Position numbers and translations under genes: made by a program. Positions 49,072 through 58,774 of a stretch of 64,000 nucleotides of DNA are shown here, piece by piece (positions within the stretch are counted from its first letter, which is position 1; every line of letters starts with the position of its first letter). A model generated the notes under the pieces. The model saw nothing but the letters and a program-made list of their open reading frames with translations. It made no database searches and was not told where the DNA came from. This DNA comes from an uncultured Acidobacteriota bacterium (GTDB lineage Bacteria; Acidobacteriota; Vicinamibacteria; Vicinamibacterales; JAKQTR01). The stretch spans positions 486,128-550,127 of the forward strand of contig CAWEYM010000003.1 of assembly GCA_963813325.1 (NCBI GenBank), in the 5' to 3' direction.

Positions 49072-49386
49072 ATGGATGACGCGCTTGCCAACCGGTACGC
49101 CCGCGAGCTCACCGACGCAATTGCCGACGCCGTGGCCGACGATCCTCGAGTCGAAGCCTGCCGTGCCCGCGCGCGTGCGGCCGGGTTCGAGCTGCGCGTG
49201 ACCCTCGAAGCGGTGGTCGGCTTCACCAGTCGCGTGGCCGGCGCCCGTCTCGCCGACACGCCGGCGCCCGAGCGGCCACGGCCGGCCAGGCTTCGCTGGA
49301 CCACCGACATGACCGCCGCGGACCGCCGATTCCTGCGCTCGCTGCGGATCGCGACCGGCGAAGCCCGGGAAGAAGAACCCCGGTAG
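49072..49386 (+). CDS. Small hypothetical protein
   Basis: RBS GGAGG; protein-like sequence ending DRRFLRSLRIA. Confidence 0.75.
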   Translation: MDDALANRYARELTDAIADAVADDPRVEACRARARAAGFELRVTLEAVVGFTSRVAGARLADTPAPERPRPARLRWTTDMTAADRRFLRSLRIATGEAREEEPR

Positions 49387-49528
49387 AGCTGCAGCCGCGG
49401 GTGAATGGCCGCGCGGCCCGGGTACTTCGCGCCGCGGCCGAGTTCCTCTTCGATCCGCCGCAACCGGCTGTCCTCGCGCCGATGTGGCCGGCGGCCTGTC
49501 AGGGGTGGCGGGCTCCCGGGGGGCGACG

Positions 49529-50809
49529 TCAGCCCAGCGCGCCGCGGCGGTCGGCCTCCGCCTCGAACAGCAACGCGCTCTCCTCGATCGGGCCGATGTA
49601 CGGTTCGTCACCCGTGGTCACCACCACCACGCCCTGCTCCGTCACGGTATGGCGTCGGCGGTCCTCGTCCGGGTGCAGCCCGATCTGGGCGCCGCGCGGC
49701 ACGAACACGTCCCGATCGATGATGGCCCGGCGGATCCGCGCGTGGCGCCCGACCCGGACGCCCGGCATCAGGATCGCCTGCTCGATGGTGCAGAAGCTGT
49801 GCACGCGGACGTTCGGGCACAGGACGCTGCCGACGATCCGGCTGCCCGACACGATGCACCCGGGAGAGATGATCGAGTCGAGCGCCTGTCCGGACCGCCG
49901 TCCTTCCTGTGCGAAGACGAACTTGGCGGGTGGGGCCTGCGGCTGGTGCGTGCGGAGCGGCCAGTCCGGGTCGTACAGGTTGAACTCCGGGTTGACCTGC
50001 ACCAGGTCCATGTTCGCGTCGAAGAACGCGTCGAGCGTGCCGACGTCCCGCCAGTACTTCGCGGCCTTCTTGTTCTCGTCGTAGAACCGGTACGAGTAGA
50101 CCGGCATCCGGTCGATGAGCGCCGGGACGATGTCCCTGCCGAAATCGTGGGTCGTGTCCCGCCCGGCGTCCGCCTCGAGCGCCGCGACCAGCGCCGCGGT
50201 GTTGAAGACGTAGATGCCCATCGAGGCGAGCGACAGGTGGGGGGCGTCGGGAACCGACGGGGGGACCGCCGGCTTCTCCAGGAAGCCGATGACGCGCTCG
50301 TCGTCGTTCACGAGCACGACGCCGAACCGGGACGCCTCGGCGCGCGGCACCTCGATCGTGGCGATGGTGACCTCGGCCTGGTGGTCGGCGTGGAACCGCA
50401 CCATCTTGAGGTAGTCCATCTTGTAAACGTGGTCGCCGGCCAGCACGACGACGTACCGCGGGCTCTCGCGCTCCAGGGAGTAGAGGTTCTGGTACACGGC
50501 GTCGGCCGTGCCCAGGTACCAGTGCTCGCCGACGCGCTTCTGCGGCGGCAGGATCTCGATGAACTCGCCCAGCTCCTCCGACACGATGTTCCAGCCCATC
50601 CGGATGTGGCGGCTGAGGGACAGGGACTTGTACTGCGTGGCGATGAAGATCCGGCGGAGGCCCGAGTTGATGCAGTTGCTCAGCGCAAAGTCGATGATCC
50701 GGTACGGGCCCCCGAAGAAGACGGCCGGCTTGGCGCGGTCCCGCGTCAGCGGAAACAGACGCTCGCCCGCTCCGCCGGCAAGCACGATGACCAGGGTTTC
50801 GTCCTGCAT
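49529..50809 (-). CDS. glgC: Glucose-1-phosphate adenylyltransferase
   Basis: LAGG.GERLFPLTRDRAKPAV.FGG.YRIIDF.LSN, WY.GTADAV, GDHVYKMDY, EKP, ASMGIY, DFG, YWRDVGT. Confidence 0.97.
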   Translation of the reverse strand: MQDETLVIVLAGGAGERLFPLTRDRAKPAVFFGGPYRIIDFALSNCINSGLRRIFIATQYKSLSLSRHIRMGWNIVSEELGEFIEILPPQKRVGEHWYLGTADAVYQNLYSLERESPRYVVVLAGDHVYKMDYLKMVRFHADHQAEVTIATIEVPRAEASRFGVVLVNDDERVIGFLEKPAVPPSVPDAPHLSLASMGIYVFNTAALVAALEADAGRDTTHDFGRDIVPALIDRMPVYSYRFYDENKKAAKYWRDVGTLDAFFDANMDLVQVNPEFNLYDPDWPLRTHQPQAPPAKFVFAQEGRRSGQALDSIISPGCIVSGSRIVGSVLCPNVRVHSFCTIEQAILMPGVRVGRHARIRRAIIDRDVFVPRGAQIGLHPDEDRRRHTVTEQGVVVVTTGDEPYIGPIEESALLFEAEADRRGALG

Positions 50810-50966
50810 GTCGGGACCGACGGGACCAGGGACACGGCCGGAGGGAACGCGGTGGTGCGCGGTGCGCGCACGCTCACTCCGCCGGGCATGATACCACAGC
50901 GGTTTGGCCGGCCAATTGGTCCCCGGGCGGCGCCGGCGGAGGGCCGTTCGGGGCCCCCGCCGTGCT

Positions 50967-50996
50967 TTGACTTCGCGCGGGCTGCGAGCCTATGAT
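50967..50996 (+). promoter_or_regulatory. sigma70-type promoter
   Basis: TTGACT-N18-TATGAT upstream of 51045. Confidence 0.55.
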
Positions 50997-51044
50997 CGTG
51001 TGGTGTCCTGCCATCATGGGAGGCACCATGGGGGAAGAGTCATC

Positions 51045-52121
51045 ATGCATATCCGAAGATGGGTGCTGACACCGCTGGTGGTTGGCGCCGTTGCCGCCGC
51101 CGCCGCGCTGTACACGCCCGTCGCTGCGCAACAGCCGCAGGCGCAGAAGAAGGACAAGAAGCTCGAGAAGGCCCAGCAGGTGGAACTGCAGACGGTCGCC
51201 CGCATGGCCGACGCGGCCATGGCCGGCCAACCCGCGCCGTCCGACGTCAAGATGACGTTTCACAACGACTCGCTGAAGGCCCAGGAAGGCCGGACCTTCG
51301 TGCCGTTCACCGTGACGATCGACCCGGCCACGCTGCCGGGCAAGGCCGTGACCGTGTATCTGCGAGTCGTCGCCAAGTCAGCCCAGCCCACGCCGCCGCC
51401 GGCCGAGGCGAAGGACAAGAAGCCGGGCAGCGACTACGCGTTCGAGGACGTCTACTTCCTGGACCTGAAAGCCCCCGAGGCCGGCCAGCCGTACCGCGTG
51501 CGCCGCGCCTTCGCGGTGCCCGCCGGCGACTACGACATCTACGTCGTCACCAAGGAGCGGCTGGCGCCCGGCGCGAAGGAGAAGGAGCAGGCGGCGGCCA
51601 AGGCGGGCGTGCTGAAGGAAGCGGTGACGGTGCCCGATTACTGGAACGGCGAGCTGACCACGAGCAGCGTGATCCTGGCCGACAAGGTGGACCCGATCAC
51701 CACGCCGCTGACGCCGCAGGAGCAGATCGATCAGCCGTACACCTTCGGCATGACGCAGATCACCCCAGCCCTCGACTCGACCTTCACGAAGAAGGAAGAG
51801 CTGTCGATCGTGTTCCTGGTCTACAACACGCAGGTCGATGCGAACCGCAAGCCGGACATGGTGATCGACTACAGCTTCTACCGGAAGACCGAGGGTGCCG
51901 AGAACGGCGAGAAGTTCTTCAACAAGACCCAGCCGCAAGCCTTCAACGCCACGACCTTGCCGCCGCAGTTCGACACGGCCCAGGGACACCAGCTCGTGGC
52001 GGGGCAGTCGGTTCCCCTTGCGAGCTTCCCGGAAGGGGTGTACCGTTTGGACATCAAGGTGACCGACAAGCTCTCCGGGAAGAGCATCAACAGGGAAGTG
52101 ACGTTCACCGTCACGCCCTGA
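51045..52121 (+). CDS. Secreted hypothetical protein (beta-sandwich domains)
   Basis: Signal peptide; strongly biased codon usage; VPAGDY.IYV, SSVILA, PL..FPEG.YRL.IKVTD resembles the C-termini of acidobacterial GWxTD/VWA proteins. Confidence 0.8.
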   Translation: MHIRRWVLTPLVVGAVAAAAALYTPVAAQQPQAQKKDKKLEKAQQVELQTVARMADAAMAGQPAPSDVKMTFHNDSLKAQEGRTFVPFTVTIDPATLPGKAVTVYLRVVAKSAQPTPPPAEAKDKKPGSDYAFEDVYFLDLKAPEAGQPYRVRRAFAVPAGDYDIYVVTKERLAPGAKEKEQAAAKAGVLKEAVTVPDYWNGELTTSSVILADKVDPITTPLTPQEQIDQPYTFGMTQITPALDSTFTKKEELSIVFLVYNTQVDANRKPDMVIDYSFYRKTEGAENGEKFFNKTQPQAFNATTLPPQFDTAQGHQLVAGQSVPLASFPEGVYRLDIKVTDKLSGKSINREVTFTVTP

Positions 52122-52225
52122 CCGACGTACCGGGAGGGCCTGCAGGAGGCCCGCGATCGTGCGGAGGCTGCGGAAGCTCGAGTGGGGCCGGGGAACTGCT
52201 CCCGGCCCGAGGGGCAGGTGAGCCT

Positions 52226-54142
52226 ATGGGACGCCTATCCACAGTCGTGGCGGCGGCGTTCGTCGTGAGTCTCGTGGTTCCCGGCACACCTGCGTCCGGC
52301 CAGTCGTCCACCGCCCGGCCTGCCGAACCCGAGATGGGGCCGCTCGCCCGGGCCGGCGCAGGCAGCATCCGCGGCCTGGTGCTCGATGCCCACGGCTTGC
52401 CGCTCGTCGGGGCGATGGTCTCGGCTCTGGGCCCGACCGCGGCCTTTGCCCTGACGGACGCCGGCGGGCGCTTCACGCTGAGAGCTCTGCCGTCGGGACC
52501 GTACACGGTTCGTGTTCATCTCGATGGTTACCTGCCGTCCCGTCGCCAGATGGTGGAGGTCCGGAGCGCGGCGCCCGCCATGCTGTCGGTGGCCCTGCAG
52601 GTGCTCCAGCCGAACGGTTCGCTCGAGGGCCGGCCGGTCCTCGCGGCCGGCGTCCTGCCCGTGGACTTCGTCTCACTGCCCGGCGCCGCCGCGGCCGGCG
52701 AAGCCGAGACCTCCGACAACCACAGCGAGACCGCGTGGCGGCTGCGCCACCTGACACGCAGCGTGCTCAAGAGCACCGACGCGACCATCGTTGCCGACGC
52801 GGAGAGCCCGTCGGAGCCTGCGGCGCCCGGGTCGTTCCTGGGCCGCGCGGCCGATGCGTCCTCGCCGCTGGCAACCGCGCTGTTCGACGCATTTCCATTC
52901 AGCGGCCAGGTCAACTTCATCACGACCGGCTCGTTCGACACGGCGTCCCAGTTGCTCACGCCCGGGGCGTTTGCGTCCCGGAGCGTCGCCTACGTCGCCC
53001 TTGGCGCCCCGGTGGGCCGGTACGGCGACTGGGTCGTCCGCGGCGCGTTCACGCAGGGCGACACGGCGTCGTGGTTCGTCGCCGGCTCGCTGGCCGCCCG
53101 GCAATCGGCCCGCCACCGCTACGCGGCCGGGGTGTCGTACAGCGCCCAGCACCTGGAGCGATCGGACCCCCTGGCCTTCGCCAGCGTGACCGGCGGCGCG
53201 CGCAGCGTCGGATCCGCGTACGGCTACGACGAGTGGACGCTCTCACGCCGGGTGTCGGTGGCCTACGGCTTGAACTACGCGTGGTACGACTACATGCCCG
53301 ATGCGGGCCTGATCAGCCCGCGCGTCGCGGTGACGCTCTCGCCGATCGACCACCTGCGGATCCGCACGGCGTTCGCGCGGCACGAGACGGCCCCGGGCGC
53401 CGAGGAGTTCCTGGCCGCGTCGACCGGCGGCCAGGGCCTGTGGCTGCCGCCGGAACGTTCGTTCTCGACGCTCTCGGGACGCGACCCGTTCCGTGCGGAA
53501 TCGACGAATCACTTCGCGGTGGCCGTCGAACGCGACGTCGACGCGTACGTCGTCGGCTTCAGGGCCTTCTACCAGCGCGTGGAGGACCAGGCGGCCTCGC
53601 TGTTTGCCGCCTCGCCCGGCGCGCCGGTGCGGGGCATCGGCCACTACTACGTCGCCAACGTCGGCGACGTCGAGACGAGCGGCTGGGCCGTCAGCCTGAG
53701 CCGGCCGATCGCCGGCCCTGTGCGTGGCTCGGTGGACTACGCCCTGACCACGGCCCGCTGGCGCCCGACGGTCGATGAGTCCGTCATCGCGCTGTGGGGC
53801 GCCCCGCTGCGCCGGCCGGAATCCGAGCGGTTCCACGACGTGACCACGTCGGTCGAGACGGACATCGCCCAGACCGCCACGCGCGTCTTCGTCGTGTATC
53901 GCTTCAACTCCGCCTTCGCGCGCCAGGTCGACCTGAACGGTGGCAGCGGGTTCGACACGCGTTTCGATGTCCAGGTCAGCCAGTCCCTGCCGTTCCTGAA
54001 CTTCACGTCGGCCGACTGGGAAGTGCTGGTGGCCGTGCGGAACATGTTCCACCAAACGGACCCGGAACGCTCGGTCTACGATGAACTGCTCGTCATCCGG
54101 CCGCCAAAGCGCATTGTCGGCGGCGTTCGGGTGCGTTTCTAG
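52226..54142 (+). CDS. Outer-membrane beta-barrel with N-terminal carboxypeptidase-regulatory-like domain (TonB-receptor-like)
   Basis: Signal peptide, GSIRGLVLD..G.PL.GA.V, TD..GRF..L..GPY; alternating beta-strands; C-terminal GVRVRF. Confidence 0.8.
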   Translation: MGRLSTVVAAAFVVSLVVPGTPASGQSSTARPAEPEMGPLARAGAGSIRGLVLDAHGLPLVGAMVSALGPTAAFALTDAGGRFTLRALPSGPYTVRVHLDGYLPSRRQMVEVRSAAPAMLSVALQVLQPNGSLEGRPVLAAGVLPVDFVSLPGAAAAGEAETSDNHSETAWRLRHLTRSVLKSTDATIVADAESPSEPAAPGSFLGRAADASSPLATALFDAFPFSGQVNFITTGSFDTASQLLTPGAFASRSVAYVALGAPVGRYGDWVVRGAFTQGDTASWFVAGSLAARQSARHRYAAGVSYSAQHLERSDPLAFASVTGGARSVGSAYGYDEWTLSRRVSVAYGLNYAWYDYMPDAGLISPRVAVTLSPIDHLRIRTAFARHETAPGAEEFLAASTGGQGLWLPPERSFSTLSGRDPFRAESTNHFAVAVERDVDAYVVGFRAFYQRVEDQAASLFAASPGAPVRGIGHYYVANVGDVETSGWAVSLSRPIAGPVRGSVDYALTTARWRPTVDESVIALWGAPLRRPESERFHDVTTSVETDIAQTATRVFVVYRFNSAFARQVDLNGGSGFDTRFDVQVSQSLPFLNFTSADWEVLVAVRNMFHQTDPERSVYDELLVIRPPKRIVGGVRVRF

Positions 54143-54153
54143 TTCACCCCCCT

Positions 54154-54192
54154 CATCCAATCTGTTGGATGCCTGGTCCGGTCTGATGGATT
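54154..54192. promoter_or_regulatory. Tandem upstream activator (enhancer) sites
   Basis: Perfect palindrome CATCCAA-TCTG-TTGGATG (54154-54171) and a degenerate copy GGTCCGGTCTGATGGATT (54175-54192), 21 bp apart. Confidence 0.6.
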
Positions 54193-54274
54193 GTTCTGTA
54201 ATCCGGGGACCGCTTTCTGTCGTCCAAACACTTGAAACAACGGTGTTTACTAACGATTCACGGAATTGGAGCCG

Positions 54275-54290
54275 TGGTATGTCGATTGCT
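54275..54290 (+). promoter_or_regulatory. sigma54 promoter for the PDZ-kinase/regulator operon
   Basis: TGGTATGTCGATTGCT, GG-N10-GC, preceded by an AT-rich IHF-like tract. Confidence 0.75.
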
Positions 54291-54318
54291 TGGTCCTGAC
54301 TGATGTACCGGTGAGGCG

Positions 54319-57243
54319 ATGGCTGACAGCCAGATGCGCGTCGACAGCACACGGCGGACACTCCCGGGCGCCATGACGGCGTCCCGATGGGGATGGTTTG
54401 CCGCGCTGGCCGTGGTCGTGGCGCTGCTGGCGCTCGGGGTCGCGAACATCGCGGTGCGCGCGACGTGGCATGAGGTCGAGGACGGCGTCCTCTGGGTGTC
54501 CAAGTCCCAGGGCGTGGCGGCCGCCGAACTGGCCCCCGGGTCTGCGGCGGTTCGGGCGGGTGTCCACGCCGGCGACATCCTGCTGGCGATCAACGGCGCG
54601 CCCGTCGACACCCCGGCCGACGTGGTGGCCGTCGCCCACGCGGCGAAGGCCGGGACGCAGCTCACCTACACGCTTTTGCGCCTGGGGTCGCGGCAGATCG
54701 TGCAGGTGGCCCTCGCCCCGATTCCCCAGGGCAACAACGCTCTCTACTTCGTGCTCGCGGCCGTGGGCATTTTTGCCCTGATGGTCGGGGCGTTCGTCCG
54801 CCTGCGGCGGCCCGGCGACCAGTCGTCGCTGCACTTCTTCTGGGTATGCGTCGCGTTCTTCGGGGTCTTCACGTTCTCGTTCAGCGGCAGGCTCGATCGG
54901 CTCGACTGGGTGTTCTACTGGGCCGACGAGGTGGCGACGCTGCTGCTGCCGCCGCTCTTTCTGCACTTCACCCTGGTGTTTCCGGACCGGAGCGGCAGCT
55001 GGGCCCGGACGACGCTCGGCGCGCGGCTGCTGCCGCTGATCTACCTGCCGGCGCTCATGCTGGGCTCGGCGCGCATCATCGCGATCGCCCAGCTCGAGGT
55101 CCGCGCGCAGCTGGTGCACCTCGTCGAAGCGCTCGATCGCGCCGAACCGTTGTATCTCGCGGCGTGCCTGGGCGGCGGCATCGTCGTGCTGCTGCTGGCG
55201 CTGGGTCAGGTCCGCTCGATGACGGGCCGGCGGCAGCTGCGGTGGATCCTCTGGGGCACGCTGCTCGGCGGCGCGCCGTTCGCTGCCGGCTACGCCGTGC
55301 CGTTCGCGCTCGGCGTGACGCCGTCGATCCGGATGGAGTTGCTCGCGATCCCGCTCGGCATCATCCCGCTCGCCTTCGCGTCCGCGATCGTGCGCTATCG
55401 CCTGATGGACGTCGAGGTCATCATCAAGCGCAGCCTGGTGTACGTCGCCGCGGTCTCGGCCATCGTCGCGATGTACGCGATCCTGCTGCGAGTCGCGGGG
55501 TGGCTGTTCCTCGACGACAAGGCGCAGCACAACACGGTGATCGCGGTGCTCGCGACGCTGGTGATGGTGCTGCTCGCCCGACCCGTGAAGGACGGGATCC
55601 AGAACGTTCTCGACCGGGCGTTCTACCGTGACCGCTACGACTACCGGCGCGCGCTGGTGGGTTTTGCCCGCGATCTCAGTACCGATCTCGATCCGGCCCG
55701 TCTGAGCGACCGGCTCGTGACGCGCGTGACCGAGACGCTGGTCATCGACCGGCTGGCGCTGATGCTGGGTGACGAGGGCGGCGCGTACCGGGCCATCCGG
55801 TCGCAGGGCTTTGTCGGCGAGCCGCCCGCGCTGCCGCTCGCCTCGGGCCTCGGCGCCCGCCTGATGGCGGGGCACGTCGTGGCCTTCGACGACCCGCTGA
55901 CCGTGCGCCGCGTGCCGCCGGAGGAAGTCGAGTACCGGCGGGATCAGGGCCTGCACTACCTCATCCCGTGCGTGTCGAAGCAGGCCACCATCGCGGTGAT
56001 GGCGCTCGGCCGCAAGGAGAGCGGTGAGCCGCTGAGCAGCGAAGACATGTCGCTGCTGGTCGCGGTGGCCGCGCAGGTGGGCACGGCCCTCGAGAACGGC
56101 CGCCTCTACCAGGAGCTGAGGCGACAGGCGGACGAAGTCGAGCGCATGCGGCAGTTCAACGAGAACATCCTCGAGTCGCTCGACGACGGGCTGGTGGTCG
56201 TGGACGCCGGGGACCGCGTCGTGCGCTGGAACCGGGCCCTCGAGGGCCTGTTCGGCGTGGGGCGCGCCGGGGCGGTGGGGCGGCGTCTCGACGAGGTGTT
56301 CGGCGTCCCGCTCGTCGACACGCTGCGGTCCGCGCGGCACGGCCACCCGGAAGGGGCCACGCTGTACCGCGTGCCGCTGGGCGCGCCACGCGGCGGGGGC
56401 GCGGAAGAGGGCCTGCTGGTCAACGTGGCGGTGGTGCCGTTGCAGTCGAACCAGTCCGGCGTCGGACCCGGGGGGTGGATCATCCTGCTCGAGGACGTGA
56501 CCGACCGCGTGCAGCTCGAGGAGCAGCTGCAGATCGCCGACAAGATGGCCTCGATCGGCGTCCTGGCGGCGGGCGTGGCGCACGAGGTCAACACGCCGCT
56601 CACGGGGATTTCCAGCTACACGCAGATGCTGCTGGAGCGCGCCGATCCCGAGCACCCGGACACGAAGCTCCTGGAGAAGATCGAGCGCCAGACCTTCCGC
56701 GCGGCGAAGATCGTCAACGGCCTGCTGACGCTGGCCCGCTCGGGCGGGCAGTCGGCGGTCGAGCGCGGGCCCGTCGACATCAACGCGGTGATCAACGACG
56801 TGCTGTCGCTGCTCGAGCACCAGTTCAAGGGCGGCAGCGTGCAGGTGCGCCGCGACCTGGCGGCGCCGGCGCCGATCGTGTACGGGTTCGAGCACAAGCT
56901 GCAGCAGGTGTTCCTGAATCTGTTCATCAACGCCAGGGACGCGATGCCCAAAGGAGGATGGCTCTCGATCTCCACGCGTACGCGGGACGGCTCCGCGGTC
57001 GTCGAGATCGGGGACACCGGGACGGGCATCCCGGCCGAGCACCTGGCCCGAATCTACGACCCGTTCTTCACGACGAAGGCCATCGGGCAGGGCACCGGCC
57101 TGGGCCTGTCGATCACGTACGGGATCGTGCGCGAGCACGAAGGCACCATCACCTGCGACAGCGCGGTCGGCGAAGGCACGCGGTTCACGCTGACGCTCCC
57201 GCTGTCGGCGCCCGCCCATCGGGCCGTCGCCGCGGGCAGCTAG
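54319..57243 (+). CDS. Histidine kinase with periplasmic PDZ, multi-TM, GAF and PAS domains
   Basis: PGSAA.RAGV.AGDILLAING (PDZ), many TM helices, ALENGRLY (GAF end), ILESLDDG..WNRA (PAS), AHEVNTPL, NARDAM, DTGTGI, GTGLGLSI. Confidence 0.93.
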   Translation: MADSQMRVDSTRRTLPGAMTASRWGWFAALAVVVALLALGVANIAVRATWHEVEDGVLWVSKSQGVAAAELAPGSAAVRAGVHAGDILLAINGAPVDTPADVVAVAHAAKAGTQLTYTLLRLGSRQIVQVALAPIPQGNNALYFVLAAVGIFALMVGAFVRLRRPGDQSSLHFFWVCVAFFGVFTFSFSGRLDRLDWVFYWADEVATLLLPPLFLHFTLVFPDRSGSWARTTLGARLLPLIYLPALMLGSARIIAIAQLEVRAQLVHLVEALDRAEPLYLAACLGGGIVVLLLALGQVRSMTGRRQLRWILWGTLLGGAPFAAGYAVPFALGVTPSIRMELLAIPLGIIPLAFASAIVRYRLMDVEVIIKRSLVYVAAVSAIVAMYAILLRVAGWLFLDDKAQHNTVIAVLATLVMVLLARPVKDGIQNVLDRAFYRDRYDYRRALVGFARDLSTDLDPARLSDRLVTRVTETLVIDRLALMLGDEGGAYRAIRSQGFVGEPPALPLASGLGARLMAGHVVAFDDPLTVRRVPPEEVEYRRDQGLHYLIPCVSKQATIAVMALGRKESGEPLSSEDMSLLVAVAAQVGTALENGRLYQELRRQADEVERMRQFNENILESLDDGLVVVDAGDRVVRWNRALEGLFGVGRAGAVGRRLDEVFGVPLVDTLRSARHGHPEGATLYRVPLGAPRGGGAEEGLLVNVAVVPLQSNQSGVGPGGWIILLEDVTDRVQLEEQLQIADKMASIGVLAAGVAHEVNTPLTGISSYTQMLLERADPEHPDTKLLEKIERQTFRAAKIVNGLLTLARSGGQSAVERGPVDINAVINDVLSLLEHQFKGGSVQVRRDLAAPAPIVYGFEHKLQQVFLNLFINARDAMPKGGWLSISTRTRDGSAVVEIGDTGTGIPAEHLARIYDPFFTTKAIGQGTGLGLSITYGIVREHEGTITCDSAVGEGTRFTLTLPLSAPAHRAVAAGS

Positions 57244-57271
57244 GCCTGCTCCCCAAGTGAGCGCAACGACC

Positions 57272-58747
57272 ATGCCGCGTCAGGGTTCCATTCTCGTCAT
57301 CGACGATGAAGAGATCATGCGGGACGTGCTCGAGGCGCTCCTCTCGCGCGAGGGTTACGACGTGCGCCTCGCCGAGAGCGGGGCGGCCGGCGTCGACCTG
57401 GCGCGGTCCATGTCCTTCGCCGCGGCCATCGTGGACGTGATGATGCCGGGGATGGACGGGATGACCGCCCTGGACGAGCTGAAGAAGATCGACGAGGACA
57501 TGGCGGTGATCATGATCACCGCGTTCGCCTCGGTCGAGACCGCGATCGCCGCGATGAAGCGGGGCGCCTTCGACTACATCACGAAACCCTTCAAGAACGA
57601 CGAAGTGCTCGTCGTGCTGAGCAACGCGGTCGAGCGGGGCCGCCTCGTCACCGAGAACCGGGCCCTGCGCCAGAACCTCCAGGAGCGCTACCACCGGTTC
57701 GACAACATCATCGGCCGCGGCGCCCGCATGCGCCAGGTCTTCGACCTGATCATCCAGGCGGCGCCGAGCCGATCCACGATCCTCATCGAGGGCGAAAGCG
57801 GCACGGGGAAGGAGCTGGTGGCGCGCGCCATCCACGCCAACTCCCCGCGTGCCGACCGCGCCTTCGTCACCGTGAACTCGGGGAACCTGCCGCCCGACCT
57901 GCTGGAGTCGAACCTGTTCGGGCACGTGAAGGGTGCCTTCACCGGGGCGGTCTACCCGAAAAAGGGCCTGTTCGAAATCGCCGACCGCGGCAGCATCTTC
58001 TTCGACGAGATCGGCAACGTTCCCATCGAGACGCAGCCGAAGCTGCTGCGGGTGATGCAGGAACGCGAGTTCATGCGCCTCGGCGGCATCGAGAACATCA
58101 AGGTGGACGTGCGGATCATCGCCGCGACCAACGTGGACCTGCGGCAGATGATGGAGGAGGGCCGGTTCCGCGAGGACCTGTTCTACCGGCTGCACGTCAT
58201 CACGGTCAGCCTGCCGCCCCTCCGGGACCGGCGCGAGGACATCCCGCTGCTCGTCCAGCACTTCCTCAAGAAGTACGGCGAGGAGAACGAGAAGACGGGC
58301 CTCGAGCTGGCGCCCGACGCGCTCGACATGCTGGTGGAGTACGACTGGCCCGGCAACGTGCGCGAGCTCGAGAACGTCATCGAGCGGGCCGTGGTGCTCA
58401 GCACCGGGCCGCGCATCGGCGTCGACCTCGTTCCCGAGCAGGTGCGCAACCGGCCGCTGTTCCAGATCCCCCAGATCATGGTCCCGCCCGAGGGGATCTC
58501 CTTCAAGGACGTCATCACCGACTTCGAGAAGCGGCTGATCGAGTCGACGCTGGAAACGGCGGGCGGCGTCCAGAAGAAGGCGGCCGAGCTGCTGCGCATC
58601 AAGCCGACCACGCTCAACGAGATGATCAAGCGCTACGACATCCGCCCCCGGCGGCGGAAGGCGCCGAACGGCACCGACCTCAACGGCGACGAGGCCGGCA
58701 GCAACGGCAACAGCAGGCCCGCCGCCGGCGCCAAGCCGGACGCCTGA
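57272..58747 (+). CDS. sigma54-dependent response regulator (NtrC family)
   Basis: REC domain, GESGTGKE, GAFTGA, FFDEIG, WPGNVRELEN, C-terminal HTH. Alternative GTG start at 57257. Confidence 0.95.
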   Translation: MPRQGSILVIDDEEIMRDVLEALLSREGYDVRLAESGAAGVDLARSMSFAAAIVDVMMPGMDGMTALDELKKIDEDMAVIMITAFASVETAIAAMKRGAFDYITKPFKNDEVLVVLSNAVERGRLVTENRALRQNLQERYHRFDNIIGRGARMRQVFDLIIQAAPSRSTILIEGESGTGKELVARAIHANSPRADRAFVTVNSGNLPPDLLESNLFGHVKGAFTGAVYPKKGLFEIADRGSIFFDEIGNVPIETQPKLLRVMQEREFMRLGGIENIKVDVRIIAATNVDLRQMMEEGRFREDLFYRLHVITVSLPPLRDRREDIPLLVQHFLKKYGEENEKTGLELAPDALDMLVEYDWPGNVRELENVIERAVVLSTGPRIGVDLVPEQVRNRPLFQIPQIMVPPEGISFKDVITDFEKRLIESTLETAGGVQKKAAELLRIKPTTLNEMIKRYDIRPRRRKAPNGTDLNGDEAGSNGNSRPAAGAKPDA

Positions 58748-58774
58748 CGCGCCCGCATCCCCGGGGATGCCGTC

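Noticed and set aside
51059-52225. N-terminal 389 aa of the 1027-aa ORF as a fusion to the barrel protein
   Set aside because: It overlaps the real gene 51045-52121 in another frame and is low-complexity. The signal peptide begins at ATG 52226. The upstream extensions of ORFs 34854, 42081, 42773, 47689, 13796, 15844 and 62510 were rejected for similar reasons.
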